Assembly: GCA_030141605.1 (NCBI GenBank)
Contig: JAQGDQ010001325.1
Span: 1-47,263, forward strand
Length of the DNA: 47,263 bases
Direction of reading: 5' to 3'
Source of the DNA: Tubiluchus corallicola
Lineage: Eukaryota; Animalia; Priapulida
The notes beneath the pieces are model-generated. The model was not told where the DNA came from and did not search any database. It saw nothing but the letters and a program-made list of their open reading frames with translations. Shown one piece after another: positions 25,044-40,608 of the stretch (position 1 is the stretch's first letter; each line of letters starts with the position of its first letter). Position numbers and translations under genes: made by a program.

Positions 25044-26115
25044 TGCTCCAGGTATCACATGTCACTCTGATAATTAATCTTGTCCACTTTATCTATAGAG
25101 TTCACAAGTTTCGAGTATTGACCACAAAAATAAATGCAATTACTTCGCAAATGGTAACGTAAATTGTTACTTGCTGACATGTCTTCTCTCCGCTCCCTTT
25201 ATTTTGATTAGGCTACTGCTGTACAAGAGAGTCATTGTTGTGGGCGTCATTGTCTTACGTAGAACTTTCCAAATATGGAATGTTGCGCTGCGGTTATTTT
25301 TACTGTACGAAATTTATAGACGGGAGGTGGTGCTGTTGCAGCTCTTTAGCATACACATTACTACACTAATAATTCAATTTATTCATTTGTTTGTTAGTTA
25401 ATTGGCTATTCAGCTCCTATTTACATTTGTTTATTTAATTATATATTTCAATTATATACATATTTGTTGTTTGTTTGTTTACGTGTTTCTTTCCCCTTTC
25501 CTTTCTTTCATTCATCTTTTCTTCTCTCTATTTTCTTCCTCAGATTGTAGATTGTTTCTTATATATTTATTTATTTATTAATTTATTTTACTTATTTTTT
25601 TACTTATTTTCTTATTTAATATTAAATTCATTTAATTACATGAAGTCACGCTGTGTATTATTTGTTCCATTATTTGACATCATTTTATTACATATTTAAT
25701 TATTTACTGCATTTATTTATTTTTACTAGTCATTTGCTTGTTCATTCTTTTGTTTGTTAACTTATTTATTTGCTAATAACATTGGCACTTAATGCTCATT
25801 AATCTACCCGAAAATTAGCCAGTTTCATTAGATTACCACAGCAGTGTTAATGGCCTTGCCACTGAGCGGTTATTTGATAAGCATTTTCTGATAATTAAAG
25901 CTGTCTGTTGTCGTTTACATGACCACCTGTTATCTTAATCTTAGCACTAGATAATATTACAATTACCTATATACATGTAGGTATAGCCCTGTAAATAACA
26001 TGTATTTTACTGATGCTACATGTATTGTATATATATATATATATATATATAGGTCGATATGTGCTGTTTCATATTGTGAGTATAGAATTTATTAACCGTG
26101 TGTAGCTGTCACTGC

Positions 26116-26596
<481 letters not shown>

Positions 26597-26668
26597 GTCA
26601 CTGCAAAACGGGATGATTTCATTTGATAAGTATTTTTACAATGATACTTATTCTTTCACTTTTTACAG

Positions 26669-27111
26669 TATCCTCAGCGAGCTACGATGGTCTTCGCAGA
26701 TCGGGAGAAGGCAATATCGCACGAGCAAAGAAAAAGACGCTAAAGATGACGCTAATAATTGTGCTGGTGTTTTTCCTGTGTTGGACGCCATATTACGTCA
26801 TGGCCTTGTGGTATTGGTTTGACAAGCAATCAGCCAAAAACGTTGACCCGAGGATTCAGAGAGGATTATTTCTGTTCGCCCTATCTAATGCCTGCATGGA
26901 CCCAATTGTTTATGGTCTTTTTACGGTTAATTTGAAACGAGACGCCGCGAAATGGTGTCTTGGGTGGTTGCCCAACAGCTGTAAAACGATAGACGATAAG
27001 ACTGCCTCTGCTGCCAACTCAAATCAAACTGAGCATATGTATTTTAACGAAACCGATTCTTCTCTTCGATGCCACAGTGCAGGAAGACGAAGTCGAACGT
27101 CTGTGCTGTAA
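26669..27111 (+). CDS. GnRH/AKH-receptor-family GPCR, terminal exon (ICL3-TM6-TM7-C tail)
   Basis: Acceptor tttttacag|TA completes G+TA = Val in frame with exon 16965-17169. Encodes LRRSGEGNIARAKKKTLKMTLIIVLVFFLCWTPYYVMALWYWFD...LFLFALSNACMDPIVYGLF, with CWTPYY and DPxxY. Stop at 27109-27111; AATAAA at 27149. Confidence 0.95.
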
Positions 27112-27361
27112 CAATATAATTGCTTAGTTACTTACAAATACGCGAAATAATAAATAGGTTTGAATTCGCTTACGAGAAACTTGGTTACGAGAACGTGCGT
27201 CGTTTAACGTGCCTGATTATGACGACACGTTTTTTGACAAAACGTAAACGAAAAAGTAGCATTGCAAGAGGCCTTGCATTGCTTGTTAATATTACTTAAG
27301 TACAGCTTGTGAAACTGTCAAAACTATGCATCCAAACATTCTGTCGAGTCTGGCTCATAAC

Positions 27362-27885
27362 TGGTGGCATACCTAAAGAATGGTCATAATTGTGCTATTA
27401 TCACTCCTATTCACAAATCAGTAGCAAAGGGGCAAAGTGGAATTAGCATACCGTATTTATTCGAGTATAACGCGCACACGTGCACCCCTAATTTTCGATT
27501 AAAAATCGGTATAAAATTTTGTTTCACTGTTTCTCGACTCAGACCAAGCATTGTAAGTGACAAACGTTGTCGAACACGTGCGTTGTTGAACAACTCCAAT
27601 CTCTAACATTCGTCTCTGGTACAGTGAATTCTCGACTAGCTGCTCGATTTCCGTGGGCCAGGCACCGTCTAGACAAACCGTCTGGCTGTCTGACAAAGTC
27701 TGGTGATGACGCAAATATTATTGATTACATCCTTAGCTACGCCTCACCCCAGCCCTCGTTTATAACGCCCACCCAAACTTTGAGTTCTTTTTAGGTAGAA
27801 AATTTTGCGCGTTATACTCGAATAAATACGGTACTTGGTGTTATTGGTAAGCCTTTCAAATTCTTGATTTGTAATAAATTAGAAA
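27362..27885 (+). mobile_element. Short LINE reverse-transcriptase relic interrupted by a MITE
   Basis: GIPKEW../NCAIITPIHKSVAKGQSGISI [MITE] LGVIGKPFKFLICNKLE matches the non-LTR RT domain-1 pattern. The frame is restored when the MITE and one TA are removed. Confidence 0.65.
27451..27831. mobile_element. Tc1/mariner-superfamily (pogo/Tc2-like) MITE, 381 bp
   Basis: Perfect 26-bp TIR CCGTATTTATTCGAGTATAACGCGCA with TA on both sides. Confidence 0.95.
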
Positions 27886-28247
27886 CACGATGCAACAATA
27901 ACAACATGCCAGAGATACAGGCTACCATTATACCAGAGAATTTGCATGTTCAGTTTTGCAGTTACAAATTATTAACCCCGAGTAGGTCTCCTTCTAACAG
28001 TCTCCAAGGTTACCCGTGCCATTAGCCAAAAGGGCTCACCAAAAGTGTCCAAAAAGTTTCTGGCATCATTGCGATGTTGAACATGTACTGCTTGATCGCG
28101 CCAAGCTTAGAGGCAGCTACTCTGCACATTCTTCCTGCAGAGGTGTGACCTATCGTGGAATGGCCTAATTGTCAGCTGCTGTAGTTCTGTTGTTTCCATA
28201 AAGACTCTGCTCTCAAAAGGAAAAGCTGCTAAGCATGTTCTGCTTAA

Positions 28248-28705
28248 CCCTTTCATACCCGTTGTATCCCGTGGGATACGAGAATATTTTCTGCCTTTAA
28301 AATTAATAAAATTTTAAAACTGACAGTTATTTGATCTGTTAATAGTTATTTTGATTTAAGCCAATAACAAGAGACTAAAAATGGTGATAAAATGGCAAAG
28401 TAGAAAATCTACATAGCATAAAAAACTGCGTAAGGTACAGTACTTTAGAGACGACTTTGTACAGATCAGCATAGCGTGCATACTAAATGTCTTAAATAAT
28501 TTAAATAATTATCAGCAGTTGCAAAATGAAGCACATTTTATGCTCCCATTGAATCCCAATGTATCCCGTGGGATACAGGCTATATTTAGCACGCTGGCAC
28601 AGGTAGAAAAAAGTTATTATTGTGTGTAAACAAGATGGACATACTGAACAAAAGTACCAAGCCAAAAATTTTTTCTTATTAAAAAATAATTTGGGACTGA
28701 AAGGG
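28248..28705. mobile_element. piggyBac-like MITE (copy 2), 458 bp, inverted relative to 9951-10338
   Basis: TTAA|CCCTTTCA...TGAAAGGG|TTAT. Reverse-complement match to copy 1 plus about 70 bp of extra internal sequence. Confidence 0.88.
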
Positions 28706-29363
28706 TTATATAGACATCAATGGCATACCGTTGCAATGATGATAGAAAAAAGGCAAAGATACAACACGTAAACCAAATGCAAGAAGCCAAAGAATAGCAG
28801 ATTCATAGGATTACTGATGCTTGTGAAACCATGTGTTTTAAATCATGATCATAATTCCAGGAAATAAAGGTTTTGTTAATATTTTTTATTATTCTAAGTG
28901 TAAAATTAGCTTTTGGTTACAGTAGTGTTGATTTCGATGAAATTTTTATTATAGTGCTCGTTCAACAAGAAATATTGACCAACTGCCCTGGTACTGAAGC
29001 TGCTGCGTTGCCAACTTGCCACGCTTTTAAACAGTTAGAGCTCTGTATTTCTTCTTCTCAATCTCAACACTTTAAGACACTCTATAATTTTGGTGTCTCT
29101 ATAACTACGTTTCTTGAAATGCTTTCAAGTACGTGCTGTTATTAACCAATAAATGATCATATTGTACGTTTCTATAGAATTTAATAAAAACTTTGAAAAG
29201 AACATTTGTGGAAGTGCAGTGCAGTTTTAATATCTTACACGCTAACAACAGATAGACCGTTTTGAATATTTCCTGCGTAATTTCTGGGAATTTAATATTA
29301 TTTTTTTACTTGTGCGTAATTTTGTGATTATATTGCAATACGAATTTTGTTAACAGAGAGATA

Positions 29364-29818
29364 AGTGAGCAAGTGAGTAAGTGAGTGAGTGAGTGAGTGA
29401 GTGAGTGAGTGAGTGAGTGAGTGAGTGAGTGAGGGAGTGAGTGAGTGAGTGAGTGGAATGAGTGAATGAGTGAGTGACAGGAGTGAGTGAATGAATGAAT
29501 GAATGAATGAATGAGTGAGTGAGTGAGTGAGTGAGTGAGTGAGTGAGTGAGTGAGTGAGTGAGTGAGTGAGTGAGTGAGTGTATAACTGACTGACTGACC
29601 GACCGACCGACCGACCGACTGACTAACTGAGTGAGGAAGTGAATAAGTGAATAAGTGAGTGAGTGAGTGAGTGAGTGAGTGAGTGAGTGAGTGAGTGAGT
29701 GAGTGAGTGAGTGAGTGAGTGAGTGAGTGAGTGAGTGAGTGAGTGAGTGAGTGAGTGAGTGAGTGAGTGAGTGAGTGAGTGAGTGAGTGAGTGAGTGAGT
29801 GAGTGAGTGAGTGAGTGA
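29364..29818. repeat. (GAGT)n compound tetranucleotide microsatellite with GAAT/GACT/GACC blocks
   Basis: Direct reading. Confidence 0.97.
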
Positions 29819-30189
29819 AATAGTGAATGAGTGGGTGATCGAGGAAGGGTAATTGCAGTTTCTGCAATGTTTATAATATCCGATCTATTTTTTTTGCGTC
29901 TTCCGCATCGGTTCTGCAGCTTTTCAACAGAAATTTCTCAGAAGCAGTTTTTCTGGCGCATCTAATGTCTGTGTCAAGATGTCTGCACACCTCATCGCTT
30001 ACTGCCTACTGACTGAATAACCAACCGACAAACGAATGCACAGAGTGATGTACGTATGAACGAACAACGGAAAGAATACCTGTAACGTATTTGTTTTATT
30101 TCATGTCCTCGTCTCTAGTTGCCCATTCATCCATTCGTTCATTATTCCAGACAGTCAATCAATCAGTCATTCAATCAATCATTTATTTT

Positions 30190-30475
30190 TTTCGTTCGTT
30201 CAGTCTGTCGTCCGTTCGCTCGGTTGTTCATTCGTTCATTCATTCAATCATTCGTTCGTTAAGTCATTCTCTCGTTCGTTCATTCGTTCGTTCATTCAAT
30301 CATTCGTTCGTTAAGTCATTCTCTCGTTCATTCAGTCTGTCGTCCGTCCGCTCGGTCGTTCATTCGTTCGTTCATTCAATCATTCGTTCGTTAAGTCATT
30401 CTCTCGTTCATTCCGTCTGTCGTCCGCTCGCTCGGTCGTTCATTCGTTCAGTCATTCTCTCGTTCGTTCATTCAC
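30190..30475. repeat. Degenerate (TTCG/TTCA)n low-complexity tract with internal block duplications
   Basis: Repeated ttcagtctgtcgtccg and gttaagtcattctctcg blocks. Confidence 0.85.
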
Positions 30476-30499
30476 TTAATAGTGAATTTGAATTCACCG

Positions 30500-30740
30500 A
30501 ATTAATAGCAAGTCTTCATACCTTTGAGGCCTAACCACTACTTCACTAATTACTATCTTGCACTTAGCTGGGCCTGCTTTTCGTAATCTTCGATGCAGCT
30601 TGATTAAGAAGCAGCTTAGTGCCAACGTTCCATAGTAACAGGAGAATCCTTCATCTTCACGTGCTTCATGTTCCATGCAAAATGGCATTAATCCAGACCA
30701 GGTAAAAGATTTAGCGACCATTAAGATCATCCTATTGCAC
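30500..30740 (-). mobile_element. Possible heavily deleted Ty3/Gypsy RT relic
   Basis: LMPF, EGFS and RRLRKAG..AKCK..SEV fragments occur in the order seen in Gypsy RT, but there is no YxDD. Confidence 0.35.
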
Positions 30741-30844
30741 AGAGGTCGCCACTGAAGCCATGAGTGTACCACGGTGATGAATTAAGTCTACGGCTTCACA
30801 TGTATGAAACTGTATATATATGGTCTATCTACATGTATATATAT

Positions 30845-31034
<190 letters not shown>

Positions 31035-32850
31035 ATTTTTAAAACTCATACGAGAAAATTATGGTAATTTGATTATAATTTCGGATTTGCCGGACAAGGA
31101 TGGTCACCTTGGGTTGGTCACCAGACGTGCAATTTATTGAACAATTCAATGTCGGACAGTGAAGCTAACCTCTGACAATGACTCGGATTACAATAACAAT
31201 GCTACCTAAACTCGCAACGTGGAAAACTCGACTGGAAACGTACATCAGCGAGCATACTACAGACACAAATTATACGACAATTACCTTCGGAACACCTTCG
31301 CACCGGAAAAGAACAAACACACTGACACTAGAAGAAAAAATCGTCCAGACGACGCAAAAAATTACTGAATAACAATCTTTGATTTGCTGTTGCATCAACC
31401 GGTATTTCCAGCATAAACAAGCTACAACTTTCAATATTCTCCGCTATCATGTGAAATGTATTGGATGTTCTACAGCAAATAAGTTTCACAGTTTCGTTGT
31501 GCGCATGCGCAGTTGCTGTAGGTCAAAAGTTACCCAGTATTAAGTGTACCACAGCAACGTCTCTTAACTACAACCGTCACGTGACATGTGGGTAAAGCAA
31601 AGCCGGCTACCGCCTCAGTTCAATAACGTCAGTTATTTTACGTGGGCTTTACTTAACTATGCATTAGCTTGTGCGTAGAGTGATTTACTAGCAGGATCTT
31701 GCTTGGGAACCAGAAAAATGAACTAGGCAAGGTTCTAACTAGCTGCTAAAACTGTTAGTATTACAACAGCATGGGCTGCGAGGCGTTTTCAAGTGTACAG
31801 AAATGCGTTGTCTGGTACATGTAACCTTTGACCTTTTTGGCGATCATCATCAATCTCTTGAACTGTGAAAAGGCTTGTTTCTGTAATTCACTGGAAATAT
31901 GATATACAGCTCTTTAGAAAGAGCAAGAACAGGGCTACACAATGAAGTGGGCTGCGTGTTAGAACATGTCCACTGAGAGGAGTAGCGAGGAGTTAATTAG
32001 ATGTTCTATTTTCGGCAATTTTCGCTTAGAAAACTGCTGACGCAAAGCCATTGTTGTGACGTCATCCATTATACTCTGTCTATAATCTTATAACTTTAAT
32101 TCAGTAAAAGCTGCTGCTGCTGGCTTTGCGTTAGGTAAGTAAACAAACACTAGGTAGAATGTTTGCGTATTTTTGATTGTACGTGTATTTATAGGCAAAA
32201 GTTTTTGCCGGGCCTTTGCTAGTGAATTAATTCTTTTGCTAGTAATTTGAATATCTTATGATTTGTCGGACAAGATTTCAATGCACTTCCATACTGTGTG
32301 TAAATAGCACGCGTTCACAAGATTAAAACTACAAAGTGAAAACGTGGATAAACGATAAAACCTAAAACAGCATGTAGGCTCAAATGTAGGCCCTAAATCA
32401 TTATCGAACCAACAGCTGTGTCCAAACAAACCAGCATTAGAAATAATTCTGTTTCATTTCCTTGCTAATTTCCTATATGAAATACCTGCTCTTGTTACGA
32501 CTCAGAAATTAAACAGATTGTTTAAGATTGATCACCTTGGTAACGAAACACGAACTGTTCTAGGCACAACTCCCACGGTAAAATCAGGTAAAGCGAAATA
32601 ACTGCACAAATCGGATCAAAGCCAGAGGAATCGTTACTCGGCCGCAGAATGCGTGCAGATTAGATTCTAATTAAAAACCTCAGCATGACCATGACAGCAA
32701 TTTGCTTGGTGGCTTCTATCTATTTTCTTTTATATGTATACGTGCATTATGTGTGTTTTATGTGTATACCTTGATTTTTAACGTATTATACGATTTTATA
32801 AGAGGAAAATGAATAAATTTGTCCTCGTCAAATCTCCTTCAATAAAGTTG

Positions 32851-33322
<472 letters not shown>

Positions 33323-34170
33323 AAGGTGATAATAACTGCTACAGAGTTGCATTTTGTCCAGACACAGGCAAACTGAGACATCTCTTTCATCTCATTGGCA
33401 ATATGTGCCTATGTGTGTGTATCGATCTGGCTGTCTTTTGAACGTAATAGAAGGCGCATTGTTTTACTCGCTACGTTGCAGACATACCTCTTGTAGATAT
33501 GTTATCATTATAGTAGGAAATAGACTAACAGAGAATAACCGACGGAACTAACGTAATTAATAGTGTGCGATAAAGAGCTTTGATTATAGTTTGCTTCTTA
33601 CGTTTGCTGAAGTAGGAAGTCTTTAGATGTCCTGTTATGAGAATCTGTGTGTGTAGTTAGCAAACTACTTGTGAAAATGATTACACTAGTTGAAGTTTTG
33701 CAATGTGTAATAAACACAGCACGTACCAAAAGTGGCACTTTAGCACTCGCCAAGAATTAATTCTGCACAAAATCCACGCAGCGCGATGAAAATTTTCACA
33801 ATTAGCAACAATTCCCACTAGAAATGTCCTTACGAATTCATCTTAGCATTTCAGCACCCAATTTAAGCGATTCAAGATCCGTGTAAGAGGATTAATCAAA
33901 CGATATTTACGCTTTATAAAATGCAAAAAAGCCGTCCTTATTACGTGATAATGTTCAACGTGTTGAAATTTACTGTGTACATAGAGTCTACTGTTGCTTC
34001 CTTCATTGCCGTTGCTGTTGCCGTCATTGCAACGTGCCGTAGCTGTTGGGAAGGCGGAAGACATGACAGGTTTCAGTCACTTATTTGAATAATGTAACTA
34101 CCAAGCCTGATTTGAACCTTCCTGTCTGCACGTTTGATACAACGGCTTGCTGCAATATTTTCTTTTGAAC

Positions 34171-34448
34171 CTGACGGTTTAGTCTAGTGGTAACGCGTCT
34201 GCTTTTCGTTTGGGAGGTCGTGAGTTCGAACCAGCGGCCGGGTCATACCAAAGACTTTAAAGATGGTACCTGCTATTGCCCTGCCTGACGCGTGGTATTT
34301 AGGGTAAAAGTGGGGTAATAATAGTCTCTGTTATGTAGTTGTAGGTTGTTATTCACAGTCGGTGATAATAGCTCTTTGAGCTAATGTTAACTGTTCACAA
34401 AAAAGCCGACTTTAAATAAATATTATTATTATTATTATTATTATTATT
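34171..34448 (+). mobile_element. tRNA-derived SINE, near full length
   Basis: Pol III A box TAGTCTAGTGG (34180) and B box GAGTTCGAACC (34222). Central core gggtcataccaaagactttaaagatggtac. 3' end aaagccgactttaaataaa plus (ATT)n tail. Second copy at 39943-40100. Confidence 0.85.
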
Positions 34449-35178
34449 AAGTAGGCGTCGACACAAATGGCTTGTGGAACACCAAAAGCAATGGTGATAT
34501 ACTTTAATTTGGTCAACTTCAGTGTGTAATGGACCATATGTGTAATGGACCATATGTGTAATGGACATATGTGTAATATGTGTAATGGGCCTATACCAAT
34601 CCCTGCCATATGTTTCTTTCCAATTTCTTCGCGGAAACTTCCTCTTTATCAGCACAAGAGGGCCTATGCGTCGTCTCTCTCTAATGTTACTGCTAAAAAT
34701 ACAGCTATTGCAGCACTTTCAACAATTTAGTGAAAGTGTGCAATGACGTCATTTGAAAAATTACATTATTTCGCCGCGCGTTTTTGCAAAGGCCGAAATA
34801 TCTGTTGCTGTTAGTTTTTACAATTCTCCACTTTTTAAAAGGAAACTTTTCAGTCAAACATGTTTTGCAACAACATCAGCTGAGTTAAAATGATTCTTTA
34901 TCGGTGTCATTCTAACAGAAAACAGTAAAAATGCTCTTTGCGCTTTGAGAGCTCTCATAATATGATGCAACACGAGCTTGCCTTTGGGAATACACTTCGA
35001 AAAACTGCATTATATACTTGCAGTAACTGCACATGAATTTCAGTGTTTCTTCCAGCGGCGCAGATTGCTTTTTACTAGCAAAGAATCGTGTAGCACGGAA
35101 CTGTAATAAAACGAAATGGTATAGAAACAAAAACTGTTAAGCGTTTTGTAGGTGTGGGAGGGGAGATTTCGTGATAAT

Positions 35179-35908
35179 GTTAGTTTAGTTTAAACATAAT
35201 TTATTACAGAATTGGATCAGACAGTTTGAACAACATGATTTAGGATCCTCACCACAACAGACTTTATACACTGTTTACAAGAACATTTACAGTAAGAATA
35301 GACTATAACTACACAAGCTGGCAAGTTTTACTACAAGATTACATTAGACATTAGTAACATTTACAGTAAGAATAGACTATGACTACACAAGCTGACAAGT
35401 TTTACTACAAGATTACATTAGACATTAGTAACATTTACAGGAAGAATTGACTATAACTACACAAACTGACAAGTTTTACTACAAGATTACATTAGACATT
35501 AGTAACATTTACAGTAAGAATACACTATAACTACACAAACTGACAAGTTTTACTACAAGATTACATTAGACATTAGTAGAAAATGACGGTTGGAAAATAT
35601 TAATGTACGAATATTTAAGACTGATGCATTTCATATCAGATAGAAACTACTGGAAGCGTTTAGTACGTAATATAAAGTCATGTATACACATTGGAATATT
35701 TTACAGTTAGCAACATAGTTAAATTCATCTTTTCCGAATAATAACAACTTCAACAGATCATTAGTTCCTAAAGCAGCTATATTAAGGTTTTCGGGCAGAA
35801 GTATTTAATTTAATTTATCAAACATAACAACCCTAGTTTGTTGATACAATAAGAAGATTAACAAAAAGTGTTCAACAGACTCAAATCGAAATCCACAGTT
35901 ACAATTCA
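35179..35908 (-). mobile_element. 3' end of a CR1-group LINE with a 74-bp tandem repeat in its 3' UTR
   Basis: Minus strand reads CNCGFRFESVEHFLL (zinc-knuckle-like), then LLKLLLFGKDEFNYVANCKIFQCV...TKRF. It ends aataaattatgtttaaactaaac. Confidence 0.7.
35282..35578. repeat. Minisatellite, 4 x 74 bp
   Basis: aacatttacag recurs at 35282, 35356, 35430 and 35504. Confidence 0.95.
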
Positions 35909-36792
35909 GCAATATTGGATGACCGTGACAAAGTTAATGATGACGTCATTAGCACCATGGATCGTTGAAGATTCTATCCTTTGATGGGATCCATTTACTT
36001 TTCAGGCCAAAATTTGGATGGAAATTGTCTGATGCGTTAACCAACAAAGGCCTCGGTCATCGACTGTATTCAGTAACATAAACGGTGTACACTATTATAC
36101 CGTATAACTGTATGCAGTTCATTTAGTTTTTATGTATTCATTTTTTTCAATTTAAGTTCATTGCCATAACAACAGCCATACGTATAACATCGTATTTACA
36201 TCAGTAAATATAAATAGAAATAAAAATGAAAATTAAGGTGTTAGTCATCAATAAAAATTTGTTATAAAAACTCGCTTCTAATCAACAAAATACATCGTTT
36301 TATCATACAAGTAAAATACTCAATTATGACTGGCCACGAAGTCGCCAGACAAAAGGCCAAGTTTACTAACATGAACAAAACGTGCCTACAATCAGAACAA
36401 AAAATTTGTACGATAAATGCTATTAAAAATTATAAAAATATTATAGTATACTTTTCATCTTCTTTGTAAAACTTGACAATGATTTAAATTCTTTGACACT
36501 ACATGGTCAGTTATTCTATAAAATAGGAACTCTGATAAATTATAAAATGTAGAAGTCAGGTTATAGTTTCGGAATATGGTAATCATGGATTTGCCTAGTG
36601 TTGTACTTACATTGTACATACTGTTAATTATTTATAACAATAAATTTAGCGAAGTTTGTAAATGATACTGAAACTGTATTTCGTGATAATCATTGCTGAA
36701 CAGAGAGCCGGCCAAATTCACTAACGCTTCCGAAATAACACTTCTACTAAATTTTGGCTTTGATGTAAGTTACCAGTTGTCACATTCGCAAA

Positions 36793-37277
<485 letters not shown>

Positions 37278-37646
37278 TTCGCAAATTCTGTGAAAGCTGA
37301 TACTACGAAAACCCAAGCGCTTAGAAACCTGTAATTCTGAGACTACAACAGATAATACCAGTCAAGTAAATTTAAGATTTAAATATGGTTGTACTGTAGA
37401 TCTAAACGAAAATGCAAGGTTAAGAACTCATTTAAAGATTATGTTTTAAGATACTTGATACAGATTCTTGCAACACTGTATATGGTAATATAATTACAAG
37501 CGTAGTGAAACGAGTGGACATTACAAAGTTGAATTTCCGTACATATGTTACATTACTAATCTTATTAGATAGGTTACTTTACCATTATCTGTTTTACTAA
37601 CATTCTATTGACTTTGTAAGCTGTACATTTTTATGCGAAATAAATA

Positions 37647-38217
<571 letters not shown>

Positions 38218-38970
38218 AGGCGCACAGACTGAAAAATATGAAATCATGTAATAGACTTCGCCAAGAAGGTGCATTATGTGTAAAATTTAGATATTTTACA
38301 AATTTCCTAGGCATTTCATAAAACATCTTTGCGTTTCGCGCAAAGTGTGAAATAAATCTTTTGACTGAGATTATTTCGCACTTTACCTAGGTGTTCGCAT
38401 AATTGCCTGTATTTATAAAATGTGTAAAGCGACTTTGACAAAGTGAAAAAAATGAAAGAACACAATTCGTGTGGAATCGAAGTTTTCGTAGCCATTTTTG
38501 TACATCACCTAGGCAGTGTATAAAATGCACAAAACGACTTAGTAAATCCACAGAACTAAGCAAGCTGTTCAAGTAAGGTGGTGGGTTCATTGTTTTACTG
38601 TATGACATGCTGCTCAATCAGGTCGATCACTTTCTGGTGCTGGGAATTGAGAACTGCGGAGGGATTCTGTAAAGTTCTTACGAACTATTTTCTTCGTAAG
38701 TTTATGCATACGAACGGTTTCATTAAACCCTGATCGCGGTTTCCTGAAAATCTTCTTAAATTCAAGGCTTTGAGCTTGCGTAAGTACAATTTTGCACGTT
38801 ATGCATAGTTTAATGCTGTGACTGGTGTTGTCATGGAAGAAGAAGTTAATAATAGAAATTTGATGTGCAGAGTACATATTTTTCGCGAAAAATTAAAGTT
38901 AGTTCATCTGAATGACAGCGTTTTATGAATTGTAGCCTGCACAGCTGACTATAAGCCTTGGATCTCTCCT

Positions 38971-39444
<474 letters not shown>

Positions 39445-39942
39445 CTCCGTCCAACAGAGAAGTGGAACAACAGACTTCTCAGCCATGAGAAAAAGTCAAC
39501 CAACGAATCTCGCAAATTTGCAAACACGTTGAAACACGACTTAGTTCAATTTAACACATTCCCTAAAATAAAACTGGCATTATATAAAATACCTAGGAAA
39601 CGTGTAGAGGGAGCCATTTTAGAGACTTTACCTGATTTGTTTTCACACAATAAAATATATAGACTCTAGGCATTCTATGGAATACCCAATGCCACACTTT
39701 ACCTGTAACACCTACACTAGTACAGTTGTGTTGACGTGATATTGTTGGTTGATGCACGAAAAAACATTTAATGAACTTGCTTTACTGTGAATGAAGACAT
39801 GCTACACCTGTCTACACCTATATGCACAAGAATACACACCTATATAACGCCACCAAATTGTAACATGATACTGTATGGATTTTATCCGCTTTATCATCGT
39901 GGTTTGATGTTCTGTGCTGTTCTTGTTTTTTATTTGCAGGCA

Positions 39943-40100
39943 GTCATACCAAAGTTCTTAAAAATGGTACCGTTGCCCTGCCTGGTGCGTGGTATTTATG
40001 GTAAAAGCCTCTGTTATGTAGTTGTAGATTTGTTATTTACAGTCAGCAAAAATGCTAATTGTTAATCCAAAAGCCGACTTTAAATAAAAATTATTATTAA
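39943..40100 (+). mobile_element. 5'-truncated, internally deleted copy of the SINE at 34171
   Basis: gtcataccaaag...aaaatggtacc...ttgccctgcctg...ctctgttatgtagttgtag...aaaagccgactttaaataaa plus ATT tail. Confidence 0.85.
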
Positions 40101-40264
40101 TACTTACCCATATACCCTGCTATACTAGTCACATGATCAACAAATTAAACTCTTTGGGCAAACCGTTTCTGAGAATGTTCCCTTATTATCTTCTATAGTA
40201 ACACGTAAAAGTCAATTGTCGTTATGCTAATATATCAAGTACTCAGTATCGTAACAAACACCAG

Positions 40265-40608
40265 ATAATGAAGTTTTTAAAGACATTATTATGACTGCAC
40301 AAACAATTCATAGTTTTTATTAAACAAAAGTGACTTGTAAATTTAATAATTTGCCTTTTTCTGGCAAATTTCGAACGCGTCCTTTGCCCGTACAGATCGC
40401 AAAATTTTGCAACTTTTAGTGCGAGTGAACGAAAATGATGAAGTTTTCTGAACAGATTATTATGATTACACAAAAATTCACAGTTATTATTAAAAGAAGG
40501 GATTTATAAATTAAAATAACTTACTTTTTCTGGTAAATTTCGAACGCGTGCTTTGCCCGTACAGATCGCCATGTTTTGCAACTTTTAGCGCGAGTGAGCG
40601 AGAATGAC
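40265..40608. repeat. Diverged tandem duplication, 2 x about 170 bp
   Basis: aaatttcgaacgcgt(c/g)ctttgcccgtacagatcgc...ttttgcaacttttag occurs twice about 169 bp apart. Confidence 0.85.

Noticed and set aside
25044-25058. ORF-track start MIPGA for the EGF protein
   Set aside because: That codon is GTG. The first in-frame ATG is at 25043 and begins the signal peptide.
26623-26668. Hydrophobic N-terminus MISIFTMILILSLFT suggesting a stand-alone protein
   Set aside because: This is the intron's polypyrimidine tract and acceptor. The exon begins at 26669.
34171-34245. tRNA gene
   Set aside because: It has A and B boxes but no convincing acceptor stem or oligo-T terminator, and it continues into a SINE body and tail.
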